Shown: positions 1-8,913 of the stretch, in pieces
How the letters are laid out: each line of letters opens with the position of its first letter
Position numbering within the stretch: position 1 is the first letter of the stretch
Source: Dehalococcoidia bacterium
GTDB taxonomy: Bacteria > Chloroflexota > Dehalococcoidia > Lucifugimonadales > UBA3495
DNA: 64,000 nt
Reading direction: 5' to 3'
Assembly (NCBI GenBank): GCA_965232815.1
Contig: OZ247427.1
Location: 3,609,602-3,673,601 of the forward strand
Program-made: the position numbers and the translations under genes
Notes under the pieces: generated by a model
What the model saw: the letters and a program-made list of their open reading frames with translations, nothing else
Databases searched by the model: none
What the model was told of the DNA's origin: nothing

Positions 1-451
1 ACGGGTGGTCGATAAAGCGGTCGCGCGCGTTCCGGTCGCCGCCAAAATGGTGCGCGTAATAGTAGCTCTGGAACAGCCCGTGCTCCCGCACAATCCAGTA
101 GGTGCGCTCCGAAACGTACGGTCGCAGCACCGCCGCCGCCAACTCGCTGTGGTTGTGCGGTGACAGCAGGTCTCCGATGTCGTGCAGCAGCGCCGCCACC
201 ACCATCTCCTCATCCGCATCGTCGCGGTACGCTCGCGTTGCCGACTGCAACGAGTGCTCCAGCCGGTCCACCTTGTACCCGCCCAGCGACCCCGCCAGGC
301 CCCGCAGTTGCTCCAGCACCCGGTCCGCCGTGCTGGCGGCGAACTCCGCCTCCAGCCGCTCCAGCATCTCGTAGTCTTCTTTCGTTCCCGCCGCCATGCT
401 GGTGAACGACACCATCGCCGTTTCAACCTGTGAACCCTCGCTCATCGACAT
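1..451 (-). CDS. HD-domain metal-dependent phosphohydrolase/oxygenase-like protein (PhnZ/MIOX-like); C-terminus cut by the window edge
   Basis: Reverse-strand reading from ATG at 451 gives MSMSEGSQVE...LEHSLQSATRAYRDDADEEMVVAALLHDIGDLLSPHNHSELAAAVLRPYVSERTYWIVREHGLFQSYYYAHHFGG. The H...HD motifs are typical of the HD superfamily. The ORF runs off the left edge, so it is missing from the ORF track. Confidence 0.6.
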   Translation of the reverse strand, partial: MSMSEGSQVETAMVSFTSMAAGTKEDYEMLERLEAEFAASTADRVLEQLRGLAGSLGGYKVDRLEHSLQSATRAYRDDADEEMVVAALLHDIGDLLSPHNHSELAAAVLRPYVSERTYWIVREHGLFQSYYYAHHFGGDRNARDRFIDHP

Positions 452-524
452 GCTCCCATCATGTAGTATGTAGCCGGATTGTATCACCGCCCAGCGTGAA
501 TATTCGGCCCACGGGAGACGAACG

Positions 525-1358
525 ATGGCAGACTCGCAGCGACTCGACGGTAAGGTCGCCCTCATCACCGGCGGCGGCCGCGGCATCGGCCAGGCCATCG
601 CCCGCGCCTACGCCGCCGAGGGCGCGAATCTGGCCCTCGCCGCCCGCACCGACGCCGAACTCCAGGAGACCGCCCAGGGTATCCGCGATCAATTCGGCTC
701 CGATGTCATCACCGTTCTGACCGACGTAACCGACCGCGCCCAGGTGGACAACGCCGTCGCACGGACCATCGATCACTTCGGCGTCATCGACACCCTCGTG
801 AACAACGCCGGCAACTCAGGCCAGATTGGCCCGCTCTGGACCCTCGATCCCGATCGCTGGGCCAACACCATATCAATCCACATCCTCGGCACCTACTACG
901 GCTGCCGCGCTGCCATCCCCCACATGCTCGAGCGCGGCAGCGGCCGCATCGTCAACATGTCCGGCGTCGGCGGACCCAACGACACCTCCTACGACGCCGC
1001 CAAGATCGCCATCGTCAACCTCACCGAGAACCTCAGCGTCGAGTTGGCCGGCGCCGGCATCACCGTCAACGCCATCAGCCCCGGCTCCATCCACACCCGC
1101 ATGTGGGAGGAGGTCCGCGACATGGCCTACGAAGCCGGCGACATGGAGATGTACGAAAAAGGCGTCCAGGTAACCTCGGGCGGTGGCGCATCCATCGAGC
1201 GCGCCGCAGAACTCGCCGTCATGCTCGGCAGCGACCAGTGCGGCAACCTGTCCGGCCGCCTCATCCGCGCCAACCTGGACACCTTCGAAGACATCCCGGC
1301 CAACGTCGACGCCATCATGGCCGCCGACACCTACCTCCTCCGCCGCGTCAACCCCTAA
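525..1358 (+). CDS. SDR family oxidoreductase
   Basis: 277-aa ORF with the N-terminal Rossmann motif KVALITGGGRGIGQAIA and NNAG, typical of classical short-chain dehydrogenases. GGGAGA RBS lies upstream of the ATG. Confidence 0.9.
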   Translation: MADSQRLDGKVALITGGGRGIGQAIARAYAAEGANLALAARTDAELQETAQGIRDQFGSDVITVLTDVTDRAQVDNAVARTIDHFGVIDTLVNNAGNSGQIGPLWTLDPDRWANTISIHILGTYYGCRAAIPHMLERGSGRIVNMSGVGGPNDTSYDAAKIAIVNLTENLSVELAGAGITVNAISPGSIHTRMWEEVRDMAYEAGDMEMYEKGVQVTSGGGASIERAAELAVMLGSDQCGNLSGRLIRANLDTFEDIPANVDAIMAADTYLLRRVNP

Positions 1359-1424
1359 TCCGACCCAGACCAAGCCCGATAGCCTTAACCTACCAGGCCC
1401 GCACAAAAAACCGCCTCCCCGCCC

Positions 1425-1481
1425 GCTCATGGTGAGCCTGTCGAACCACGAGCCTGCCCACTGACAAGCTCAGGACAACCC
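1425..1481. repeat. REP-like palindromic element (gctcatggtgagcctgtcgaaccacgagc + ..gacaagctcagg..)
   Basis: 9-bp imperfect stem gctcatggt/accacgagc immediately after the SDR stop codon. Same family as the 15993-16103 copies (..ctcatcctgagcctgtcgaag..). Confidence 0.5.
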
Positions 1482-1602
1482 GCATCGTCGTTCCCAGTCC
1501 GTCTGAGCCGCATGCAATCTCGTCGAAACAGCAGGGCATCGTGTGCCGCGCAGGTCGCCAAGTCGCGCCGACCCTTCCGTTGACCAAGCATACGCGCGTG
1601 AG

Positions 1603-2928
1603 CTAATTGTCCCCCGGCTCACCCACCACCGCAGCAGCAGCCAGCGACGGATGCGTCGGCGGCCTCGCCAGCAGCAGCGCCGCTGCCGTCAAAACCCCCA
1701 GCGCCGCGTAGATGATGAACGCGATTCCGTAACCACCCGCCATGTGGTAGACCAACCCCGACGCCACCGCGCCTATCGCCTGACCCAGCGACGTGAACGG
1801 CTCCGTCACCCCGCGTATCGTCCCCAACGACTGCCGCCCGAAGAAGTTCGCGTACGCCACCGGCGGCACCACCAGGATTCCCGCCACTGCGATCCCGAAC
1901 AGGCCCGCCGCCAGATAGGTCAGCAGCACCGTGTCCGCGACCACGAAAATCGCGCACGCCACCGCCATCACCAGCGCGACAATCGCGTAGGTGTACGACA
2001 CCCTCAGTTGCTCCAGTACGCGACCCCACAGCAGGCTCCCGATGCCCGTGCCCAACGCGTTGATCACGATGCTGAACTGCGACAGCGCCAGGTCAATCCC
2101 CTTGGACCGCAACAGGTCGGCCTGATAGGTATTGGTGCCCGACTGCAGCAGGAACAAAAAGCCGGTCCCCAACGCCAGTACCCATAGGCCCGGTGTCCGC
2201 AGTGCCTCCCGCGTCGTCCATTCAATCCCTGATTCAGCAGCCTGCGCGTCCGGCGCAGCCGCGGTCTCTGCCGCCTCCGCGAGATCGTCCGGATTATCGC
2301 CATCCGGCAGCAATCCCACGTCCTCCGGCCGTTGCGCGATCAGCAACGACGCCGGCCCCAGCGCGACGACGTACACCATCAGACCCAGCACTATCCAGGC
2401 CGTTTCCCATCCCCAGACCACGCTGACCCACGTCGCCACCATCGGGAAAACCACCATGCCCCCCGAGTGAGACAGGAACAATAGCCCCGTCGCTCGTCCC
2501 CGCTGCCGCACAAACCAGCGTCCGACCACAGTCGCCGGCCCCACATTCAACGGACTGCTGAACATGATCCGCCCGATCGCCAGCGCCGCGTAAAAAATGG
2601 CGATATGCACCGACAGCCACGCCATCGCCATCGTGCTGATGCCGATGATGATGATCCCCAGCACCAGCACCACCCGCGCGCCATACCTGTCTATCGCCCA
2701 ACCCACGGGCGGGGAGGCCCCCGTAGCGAGCAAGCCGCCCACTGCCGCCGCGCCCCCGATCAATGCCCGGCTCCAGCCGGTGTCGTCGGCAATCAGCGGC
2801 ACAAACACCGCAAACGTCAGGCTCCCGGCGGCATTCCGCACGAACATGCTGCTGCCGGCCGATCCCAGCACGACCCAGCCATAATAAAACGGCAACCGCC
2901 GCGACAAATATCCAATCAGTATGTGCAT
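1603..2928 (-). CDS. MFS transporter
   Basis: 441-aa highly hydrophobic ORF with about 12 predicted TM segments and a central hydrophilic loop. It begins MHILIGYLSRRLPFYYGWVVLGS. Confidence 0.85.
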   Translation of the reverse strand: MHILIGYLSRRLPFYYGWVVLGSAGSSMFVRNAAGSLTFAVFVPLIADDTGWSRALIGGAAAVGGLLATGASPPVGWAIDRYGARVVLVLGIIIIGISTMAMAWLSVHIAIFYAALAIGRIMFSSPLNVGPATVVGRWFVRQRGRATGLLFLSHSGGMVVFPMVATWVSVVWGWETAWIVLGLMVYVVALGPASLLIAQRPEDVGLLPDGDNPDDLAEAAETAAAPDAQAAESGIEWTTREALRTPGLWVLALGTGFLFLLQSGTNTYQADLLRSKGIDLALSQFSIVINALGTGIGSLLWGRVLEQLRVSYTYAIVALVMAVACAIFVVADTVLLTYLAAGLFGIAVAGILVVPPVAYANFFGRQSLGTIRGVTEPFTSLGQAIGAVASGLVYHMAGGYGIAFIIYAALGVLTAAALLLARPPTHPSLAAAAVVGEPGDN

Positions 2929-2943
2929 CGCGCGAGTATGCCC

Positions 2944-3552
2944 CTAACCCGCCAATTCCCGCAACGCAGCGACCGTATCATCACGAAAACGCCGCCATGA
3001 CTCCAGCTGTTCTAACCTTCCGCCCACGGGGAGATTTTCCAGGAGAGTCCGCCGCAGGGTCGAAAATGACTTCCTGATCCTTTCTCGCCGCCGACCGGTC
3101 GTCTCGCTGGCTGTAATGAAAGCAGCCTCCAATATCGCCTTCGGATCAGCCCTTTGTTCGCATTCATGCGGCAGTGGCAAGCTCAGTGGTATTGTCCCGT
3201 TGGGCTTGCGCACGGCGTCCCTGATCGCGTGATCATCCAATAATAACCATGCCTCTGTCATACGCACCGGAACGACCCCAACCCACCGACGGTGAAAAGA
3301 CGCATTTTGAATCGCGTCTTCTATCTCTTGATATCTTCTTTCGGAATCAGCCGACTCAGCATCCCGGTGTACAAACACTAGATCGACATTACCTTGACTC
3401 GCTACGCCGTTCCGGATTTTGTCAACCAAATACCGGCCTTGTGTCCAAAAATTGCCGTCAGGTTCACACGCTCCAATTGCGAAAAGCAGCCGACGGATAT
3501 GCGTTACCAACGCTCCATCGGAGGACCCATCACAAACCAGCAGGAATTCCAT
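2944..3552 (-). CDS. TOPRIM-like (DUF4276/OLD-nuclease-like) protein, partner of the upstream ATPase
   Basis: Acidic motifs FLLVCDGSSD, VFVHRDAES and MTEAWLLLDD occur in the order expected for a TOPRIM fold. The ATG at 3552 lies 2 nt after the ATPase stop; an alternative TTG at 3570 would overlap it by 16 nt. AT-richer than neighbouring genes. Assignment is by motif recognition only. Confidence 0.6.
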   Translation of the reverse strand: MEFLLVCDGSSDGALVTHIRRLLFAIGACEPDGNFWTQGRYLVDKIRNGVASQGNVDLVFVHRDAESADSERRYQEIEDAIQNASFHRRWVGVVPVRMTEAWLLLDDHAIRDAVRKPNGTIPLSLPLPHECEQRADPKAILEAAFITASETTGRRRERIRKSFSTLRRTLLENLPVGGRLEQLESWRRFRDDTVAALRELAG

Positions 3553-3554
3553 CC

Positions 3555-4985
3555 CTATATCGTTGCCCAAAGATCGAGAGGGAGTGCGATCTGCGCTTCC
3601 TCTGGGGGTAGCAAATAAGATTGCAACGACAACAGGTCTATCCCATCCCGCTCATTGCTACACCGCCATGATTTCCGGTATGGATGACACTTGAGCAAAT
3701 GCTCCGTGATTCCTGCACCCGCGGACGGGACCATACCATCTCTAGCAAGTACCAAATCTTCTTTTTCTTGCAACTGCACAAAGTAAGGCGAATGAGTGGC
3801 CACGACTACCTGTCGCATTGGATTTTCGCCATCCACCAGTTCCTCTGCATCAACCGCGAGGTCGTGCAATAAGCGGTTCATAGCCCCGATCTTGCCGGGA
3901 TGTATCCCGTTTTCCGGCTCTTCCATGCACAGGATCCCGCCCTCATCAACCGATTCAGACAACGCGGCCAGTGCCAAAAACCTCAGCGTCCCATCTGAAA
4001 TTGAGTTGGCCCGGAGTTTTATCCCGGACTGCTCCTCCACCTCCAACGCCAGGAGTTGTCTTACGTCGTCTCTAACTATGCTCACCATTTTGACAGGCAC
4101 GAGTTCCGACAAAATGATGGAAACCATCTGAAAGATTACGTCAGGCTGATCTCCCTTTTCAGCGGCAAGGTTCGACAAATGCTGAAGGGTTGCAGGAATA
4201 TGTGCCCCGTTGGCGGCTATTCCCGGCGCTTGAGTGTAGCGGTCAGGTCGGCGCATGGCCGCCGGATCAAGTGCCAATACTCGCCAGCTTTGCATTTCGC
4301 GCCGTGCCGCCAGGATGGTAGGCGTAGCGGAAGTATTCTCTGTTCCGATAATGGTCCTGGTAGCGCCCTGGGCTGGAGATGGCCTGGGGTGCCCCCGGGA
4401 GCCGCCGTCCTGGTGAACATCGATGGCCGCTTGTTCGGTGTCTGGGTCTATTCGTGTGGAAATAAACCCGCTCCGCGCGTGCCGCTTGTTGAACACCACA
4501 CTGTCGCGAAATTTGCTCTTGCTGTGAGGGAACTTCAAATGTCTGGCCGCCCGGCCGGTTGTGATGGGTCGCAACTCTTCGCGCTCCAACGCCAACCCAC
4601 CGAGCAACCCCCCGGTGGGCGACGGCGGTTCGTAACGGAATGCAACTTCGTAACGCAGGAAGGATGATGATGGATTTGCTTGCCGACCAAAATCATCTCT
4701 GACCGTGTCCCGAACAATCATCTCGGCCGCGAACGACATGCGATTGCTCTGGTCGCCGCCGAAGAAGAGCAAATCCTTTATATCCCCGGTCTCCTCACCC
4801 GCATTGCGTATCTGTAGCGCCGCATCGTTGATGGTGTGATCGGTCAGCAACGATAGAAACCGAATCGCGTCAAAAATGTTGGACTTTCCCACCCCGTTTG
4901 GGCCCGCAATGCACGTGTACGGCCCGAAGTCCAGAGAAAAATTCACCAGGTTTTTGAATCCGTTTACTTCGAGCCGCGTAAGCAT
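3555..4985 (-). CDS. ABC/SMC-type (AAA_15/AAA_21-like) ATPase
   Basis: Walker A CIAGPNGVGKSN, signature-like ISDGTLRFLAL, Walker B ILCMEEPENGIHP, H-loop VVVATHSP. ATG at 4985 is preceded by GGAGG-cgatc. The GTG at 4997 used in the ORF track lies inside the RBS. Confidence 0.8.
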   Translation of the reverse strand: MLTRLEVNGFKNLVNFSLDFGPYTCIAGPNGVGKSNIFDAIRFLSLLTDHTINDAALQIRNAGEETGDIKDLLFFGGDQSNRMSFAAEMIVRDTVRDDFGRQANPSSSFLRYEVAFRYEPPSPTGGLLGGLALEREELRPITTGRAARHLKFPHSKSKFRDSVVFNKRHARSGFISTRIDPDTEQAAIDVHQDGGSRGHPRPSPAQGATRTIIGTENTSATPTILAARREMQSWRVLALDPAAMRRPDRYTQAPGIAANGAHIPATLQHLSNLAAEKGDQPDVIFQMVSIILSELVPVKMVSIVRDDVRQLLALEVEEQSGIKLRANSISDGTLRFLALAALSESVDEGGILCMEEPENGIHPGKIGAMNRLLHDLAVDAEELVDGENPMRQVVVATHSPYFVQLQEKEDLVLARDGMVPSAGAGITEHLLKCHPYRKSWRCSNERDGIDLLSLQSYLLPPEEAQIALPLDLWATI

Positions 4986-5037
4986 GATCGCCTCCACAAA
5001 AGGCGGGAGCCGGGTCTTTACGCAATTCTAGCACGCG

Positions 5038-6792
5038 CTATTCCGACGCCCTCCGCAACCGCTCCATCTCGCACGCGAACCACAGCGCCATGCTGCCCGT
5101 CCGGTCGTCGTGTCCGCTCAGCGCCGCCCGGTCCAGGTACGCCCGCATGTCCGGCATCACCCCCGTGCTGATACACCCGTCCACTACGCCGCCTTCGTCA
5201 TCAATCCGCTCGGACAACGCCCGCCAGCACGACTCAACGCCCGCCCGGTATCCGTCCTCATCGCCGTCCGGCAACCATCCCTCCCTCAACCCCCGCGCCA
5301 GCGAATACCCGACCATGCACGTAGAGGTCAGTTCGCCCCAAGCCCCGGGAACGTCCACCAACTCCCCGAACGTGCCCCACGGTTGCTGCCGCCTGAGCAG
5401 CGCGTCCAGATGCCTCCGGTGCCTCGCCAGCAGTTCCGACCACGCCGGGTGGTCCTGCGGTAAATAGGTCAACGCCTCCGCGTAACCCAGCGCCGCGAAC
5501 CCGTTGCCCCGGCTCCAGTGGAGCGGCGCGGAGCGGGCGTGCTTGAACAGCCCGCCGCCGTCCTGCACATCACCGCCTTCAATCAGGAACCTGGCCAGCA
5601 GGTCCGCGTATTTGCCGTCTCCCGATATCCGGAACGCACGGCCCAGCATCGCGCCGCACATGAACATGTCCTCCACGCGAAAATCGGGGTCGCACGGCGA
5701 TGGCGCTTCTCCCGGCCCGCGTGCGGCAAAACGGTCCGCCGCGTGGAAGAACAGCCGCCGGTACTGCTCGTCACCGGTGTAGTCCGACAGCCGCGCCGCC
5801 CACACCACGCCCGTCAATCCCGCGCCGCCCAGGTCGTCCAGATACGCGCTCGGCTCGGCCGCGATATGCGCGATCAGTTCCGCGATCTCCTTGGTCGGAT
5901 TCGCCCCGCCATCGTCCAGATCAGCCAGCCGCAGCCGCCCGCTGATGCCAACGCCCTGCGTGTAGTTCACCGGATCCAGCGCGTGCCCGTACCTGCCCGC
6001 CAGGATGCGCCCGATATCCAAGGGGGTCCTCGCTCTGCGCGCCTCCAGTGCCAACCGTCCCGGCGACGCTGGCACGTCCGCGTCCTTGCCGGTCAGCGCG
6101 TATAAATCTCGCAACGCGTCGGTGAGGCCGGTCCAATGAGTCGTCAGCCGCAACCCCGGTATCGCGCCCGGCATGCTCTCATGCGGCCGTCCCAGCGCCG
6201 CCACCAGCGAGTCATCATCCTCAATCGCAACCGCATTCATCGCGCTCGCGACGTTCCCGCTGGCCGCTGCTCCGTTGGCTTCCCACGTCGCTCCTTGGCT
6301 CTCGCTGTCAGAAAGCGCAATCTCTACCACCAGATCCGGAGCCTGGTAGCAGATCCAACGCCACAGGTACCGGAGTTCCGGCGCCGACTCATCGAAGTAA
6401 TAGCCCCCTTCGGGTGGGTAGCCGTTGGTCAGGTCCACCGCGTTCGCCGCCAGTTCCTCCCAGTCCCCGCCGGCCAGGGCGTCCGGATTCGTCGCCACGA
6501 TCGCGGACAGCGCGACGCCCGACGCTTGCGCCGCCGCCGTTCCGGTGAACCGCTCCAGCGCAACCAGGATCCTGGGCGTATCCGACGAGTCCCCGCGGAG
6601 TCCAGCCACCATCAGGATCGACGGCCTGTGTTGATTCTCGGCGAACGGCAGCGTCCGCGTATCTTGCAGCGCCATGATGGGCCGCAACTCGGGTGTCAGA
6701 CCAATGGAGGTCGATCGCCAGTACGCCGGCGAGCGTTTGCGCAGCAGGTTGATCAGGGCGGCATTGATGTCCGTGGGGTGCATCGTGGACAT
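5038..6792 (-). CDS. Glycoside hydrolase family 88/105-like protein with an N-terminal extra domain
   Basis: The C-terminal half carries HWSRGNGFAALGYAEAL and QQPWGTFGELVD...ELTSTCMVGYSLARG, matching the (alpha/alpha)6 GH88/GH105 signature WaRGNGW...Q..G.W...E.S. Start chosen at ATG 6792 (GGAG 5 nt upstream) rather than 6900. Confidence 0.65.
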   Translation of the reverse strand: MSTMHPTDINAALINLLRKRSPAYWRSTSIGLTPELRPIMALQDTRTLPFAENQHRPSILMVAGLRGDSSDTPRILVALERFTGTAAAQASGVALSAIVATNPDALAGGDWEELAANAVDLTNGYPPEGGYYFDESAPELRYLWRWICYQAPDLVVEIALSDSESQGATWEANGAAASGNVASAMNAVAIEDDDSLVAALGRPHESMPGAIPGLRLTTHWTGLTDALRDLYALTGKDADVPASPGRLALEARRARTPLDIGRILAGRYGHALDPVNYTQGVGISGRLRLADLDDGGANPTKEIAELIAHIAAEPSAYLDDLGGAGLTGVVWAARLSDYTGDEQYRRLFFHAADRFAARGPGEAPSPCDPDFRVEDMFMCGAMLGRAFRISGDGKYADLLARFLIEGGDVQDGGGLFKHARSAPLHWSRGNGFAALGYAEALTYLPQDHPAWSELLARHRRHLDALLRRQQPWGTFGELVDVPGAWGELTSTCMVGYSLARGLREGWLPDGDEDGYRAGVESCWRALSERIDDEGGVVDGCISTGVMPDMRAYLDRAALSGHDDRTGSMALWFACEMERLRRASE

Positions 6793-6950
6793 GAAAACTC
6801 CGGATGTCGGTCGAGTGGTTGAAATGAGATGCCAAAAAACGTCGCGTATTATAACCATTGCCAATCGCTGCTTGACCCGCGACCTTTTGACATAGCCCAA
6901 CGCCCGCTATACATTTCCACCCATTCCCATCCGCAACCGGAGTTGGCCGC

Positions 6951-8195
6951 ATGCCGCGTTTCGACGATTACACCGGCGAAAACCTGATTCCGCCCTACCG
7001 CATCCTCGATCTCACCGACCGACGCGCCGCGTTCTGCGGCCGTTTGTTGGCCGACTACGGCGCCGACGTCGTCAAGGTGGAACCCCCGGCCGGCGACCCA
7101 TCGCGCCATCTCGGCCCATATCCCGCCGACGATCCCGGTGCCGAGCGCAGCCTCGACTTCTTGTTCTACAACACCAACAAGCGGTCCATCACCCTCGACC
7201 TCAACTCCCAATCCGGCCGGGATCTGTTCCGCCGACTCGCCGCCGACGCCGACGTCATCATCGAGAGCTTCGACCGCCACTACCTCTATGACCTCGGCAT
7301 CGGTTTCGACGCCCTCCGCGCCGACAACCCCGGCCTGATCATGGCCTCCGTAACCCCCTTCGGCAACACCGGCGATTGGGCCGACTACCAGGGCGACGAC
7401 CTCGTGGTCATGGCCGCCAGCGGTTACATGCAGATCACCGGCGAACCCGACGAGCCTCCCGTGCGCCAGGGCAACGAGCACAGCCACTACCCGGCAGCCC
7501 AGTACGCTGCCGTCGGCATCCTCGCCGCCCTCTACCACCGCGACTTCGGCGGCGGCGAGGGCCAGCACATCGACGTCTCGTCCCAGGAAGCCCTCATCAC
7601 CTACTACACCGACGCCCACCCGGCGCTCCTGTGGCGCAAACTCGGTCAGAACGTCACCCGCGTCGGCACCAATTCCACCCTCGTCATCCCCCTTGGAGCC
7701 TACCCCTGCAAGGACGGTTGGATCGCCGCCGGCGTCATCACCCCCCGCGAGTGGGATGCCCTCGCCGAGTGGATCCACGAGGTCACCGGCAACGACGAGG
7801 TACTCAACGACGCTTACCGCGGCGGCAACCAGGACCGCGCCGAGCACATCGACATCATCACCGCCCTGTTCCTCGAGTTCGCCGAGAATTTCACCGTCCA
7901 GGAACTCTTCCACGAGGGCCAGCGGCGCAACCTCGTCTTTCTCCCCGTCAACGAAGTCGCCGACCTCCTCGCCGACCCACAACTCGCCGAGTCCGGTTTC
8001 TGGTACGACATCGAGCACGATGACCCATCCATCGGGTCCATCAAATATCCGTTGGGCATATTCCACAGCGATGAGGTCAAGGCCCGCAACCGCCCCGCTC
8101 CATCCCTCGGCGCGGACAATGCCGCCGTCTACCAGGGCGAACTCGGCCTGACCGCCGACGAGTTGGTCACCCTGGGTTCCGATGGCATCATATAG
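6951..8195 (+). CDS. Family III CoA-transferase (CaiB/BaiF)
   Basis: N-terminus YRILDLTDRRAAFCGRLLADYGADVVKVEPPAGDPSR is the canonical CaiB/BaiF family signature. Length 414 aa. Confidence 0.9.
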   Translation: MPRFDDYTGENLIPPYRILDLTDRRAAFCGRLLADYGADVVKVEPPAGDPSRHLGPYPADDPGAERSLDFLFYNTNKRSITLDLNSQSGRDLFRRLAADADVIIESFDRHYLYDLGIGFDALRADNPGLIMASVTPFGNTGDWADYQGDDLVVMAASGYMQITGEPDEPPVRQGNEHSHYPAAQYAAVGILAALYHRDFGGGEGQHIDVSSQEALITYYTDAHPALLWRKLGQNVTRVGTNSTLVIPLGAYPCKDGWIAAGVITPREWDALAEWIHEVTGNDEVLNDAYRGGNQDRAEHIDIITALFLEFAENFTVQELFHEGQRRNLVFLPVNEVADLLADPQLAESGFWYDIEHDDPSIGSIKYPLGIFHSDEVKARNRPAPSLGADNAAVYQGELGLTADELVTLGSDGII

Positions 8196-8220
8196 CTGAC
8201 AATCAACGGAGGTCGCCATC

Positions 8221-8913
8221 ATGGTCACCGTCAAATCCGAGCCAACGGACACCGCAGAAACTCAGGAACTCCCGGAGCCAAATTGGTCCCTGGTAGGCGA
8301 ACTGCGGCTGAACCTCACCGCCCTCGGCGTCGACCACCTCGCCGATGATTTCGGCGAGCGCCTGTGCCAGCTGTCCAGCGACAACCCAGGTTGGCAATTC
8401 GAATATTCCGCCAGAGGAGAACTAATCGTAATGGCTCCACCCGGCTCCGAAAGCAGCCTTGACGAGACCGAAGTTACTGTAGCAGTGGCTGTATGGCGGC
8501 GTAGTGGCGGCGGCATGAGCTACGGACCTACCATCGGATTCCGCCTGCCCAGCCGCGCGGTTCGTATTCCCGATGCCGCTTGGATTACCCAGGAACGTTA
8601 CGACAACCTCACACCGTCTGAACGCCGTGGAACCATCAACGGTGCTCCGGATTTCGTGTTCGAAGTCCGATCACCCTCCGACCGCCTGCCGCCCTTCCTC
8701 GCCAAGATGCAGGAATGGATGGACGGAGGCGCGCGCTTGGGGTGGGGCATCGACCCACTCAATCGCCACGTCTACATCTACCGGACTGGGCAGACCGGGC
8801 CAGAACTCCTCGAAGACCCGGAAACGTTGTCCGGCGAGGACACCCTGCCCCAGTTCACCTTCGAGGTGCGTCGCCTGATCTTCGACCGCCACACCGAGGA
8901 GTCGGAATCATGA
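8221..8913 (+). CDS. Uma2 family (DUF820) putative endonuclease
   Basis: 230 aa. ELIVMAPPG...DAAWI...PDFVFEVRSPSD...KMQEWMDGGARLGWGIDP is the PD-(D/E)xK-like Uma2 pattern. GGAGG RBS upstream. Confidence 0.8.
   Translation: MVTVKSEPTDTAETQELPEPNWSLVGELRLNLTALGVDHLADDFGERLCQLSSDNPGWQFEYSARGELIVMAPPGSESSLDETEVTVAVAVWRRSGGGMSYGPTIGFRLPSRAVRIPDAAWITQERYDNLTPSERRGTINGAPDFVFEVRSPSDRLPPFLAKMQEWMDGGARLGWGIDPLNRHVYIYRTGQTGPELLEDPETLSGEDTLPQFTFEVRRLIFDRHTEESES

Noticed and set aside
6849-8252. Long antisense ORFs opposite clearly identified genes. This one is an example; others are 16206-18203, 20180-21325, 25206-26744, 28938-30806, 38382-39803 and 49252-50715.
   Set aside because: These are typical shadow ORFs of a GC-rich genome. 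Their products are Gly/Ala/Val/Asp/Arg-rich and low in complexity. The opposite strand encodes proteins with unmistakable family motifs (CoA-transferase, HisS, HisF, ArgS, ABC exporter, D-aminoacylase, ClpC).
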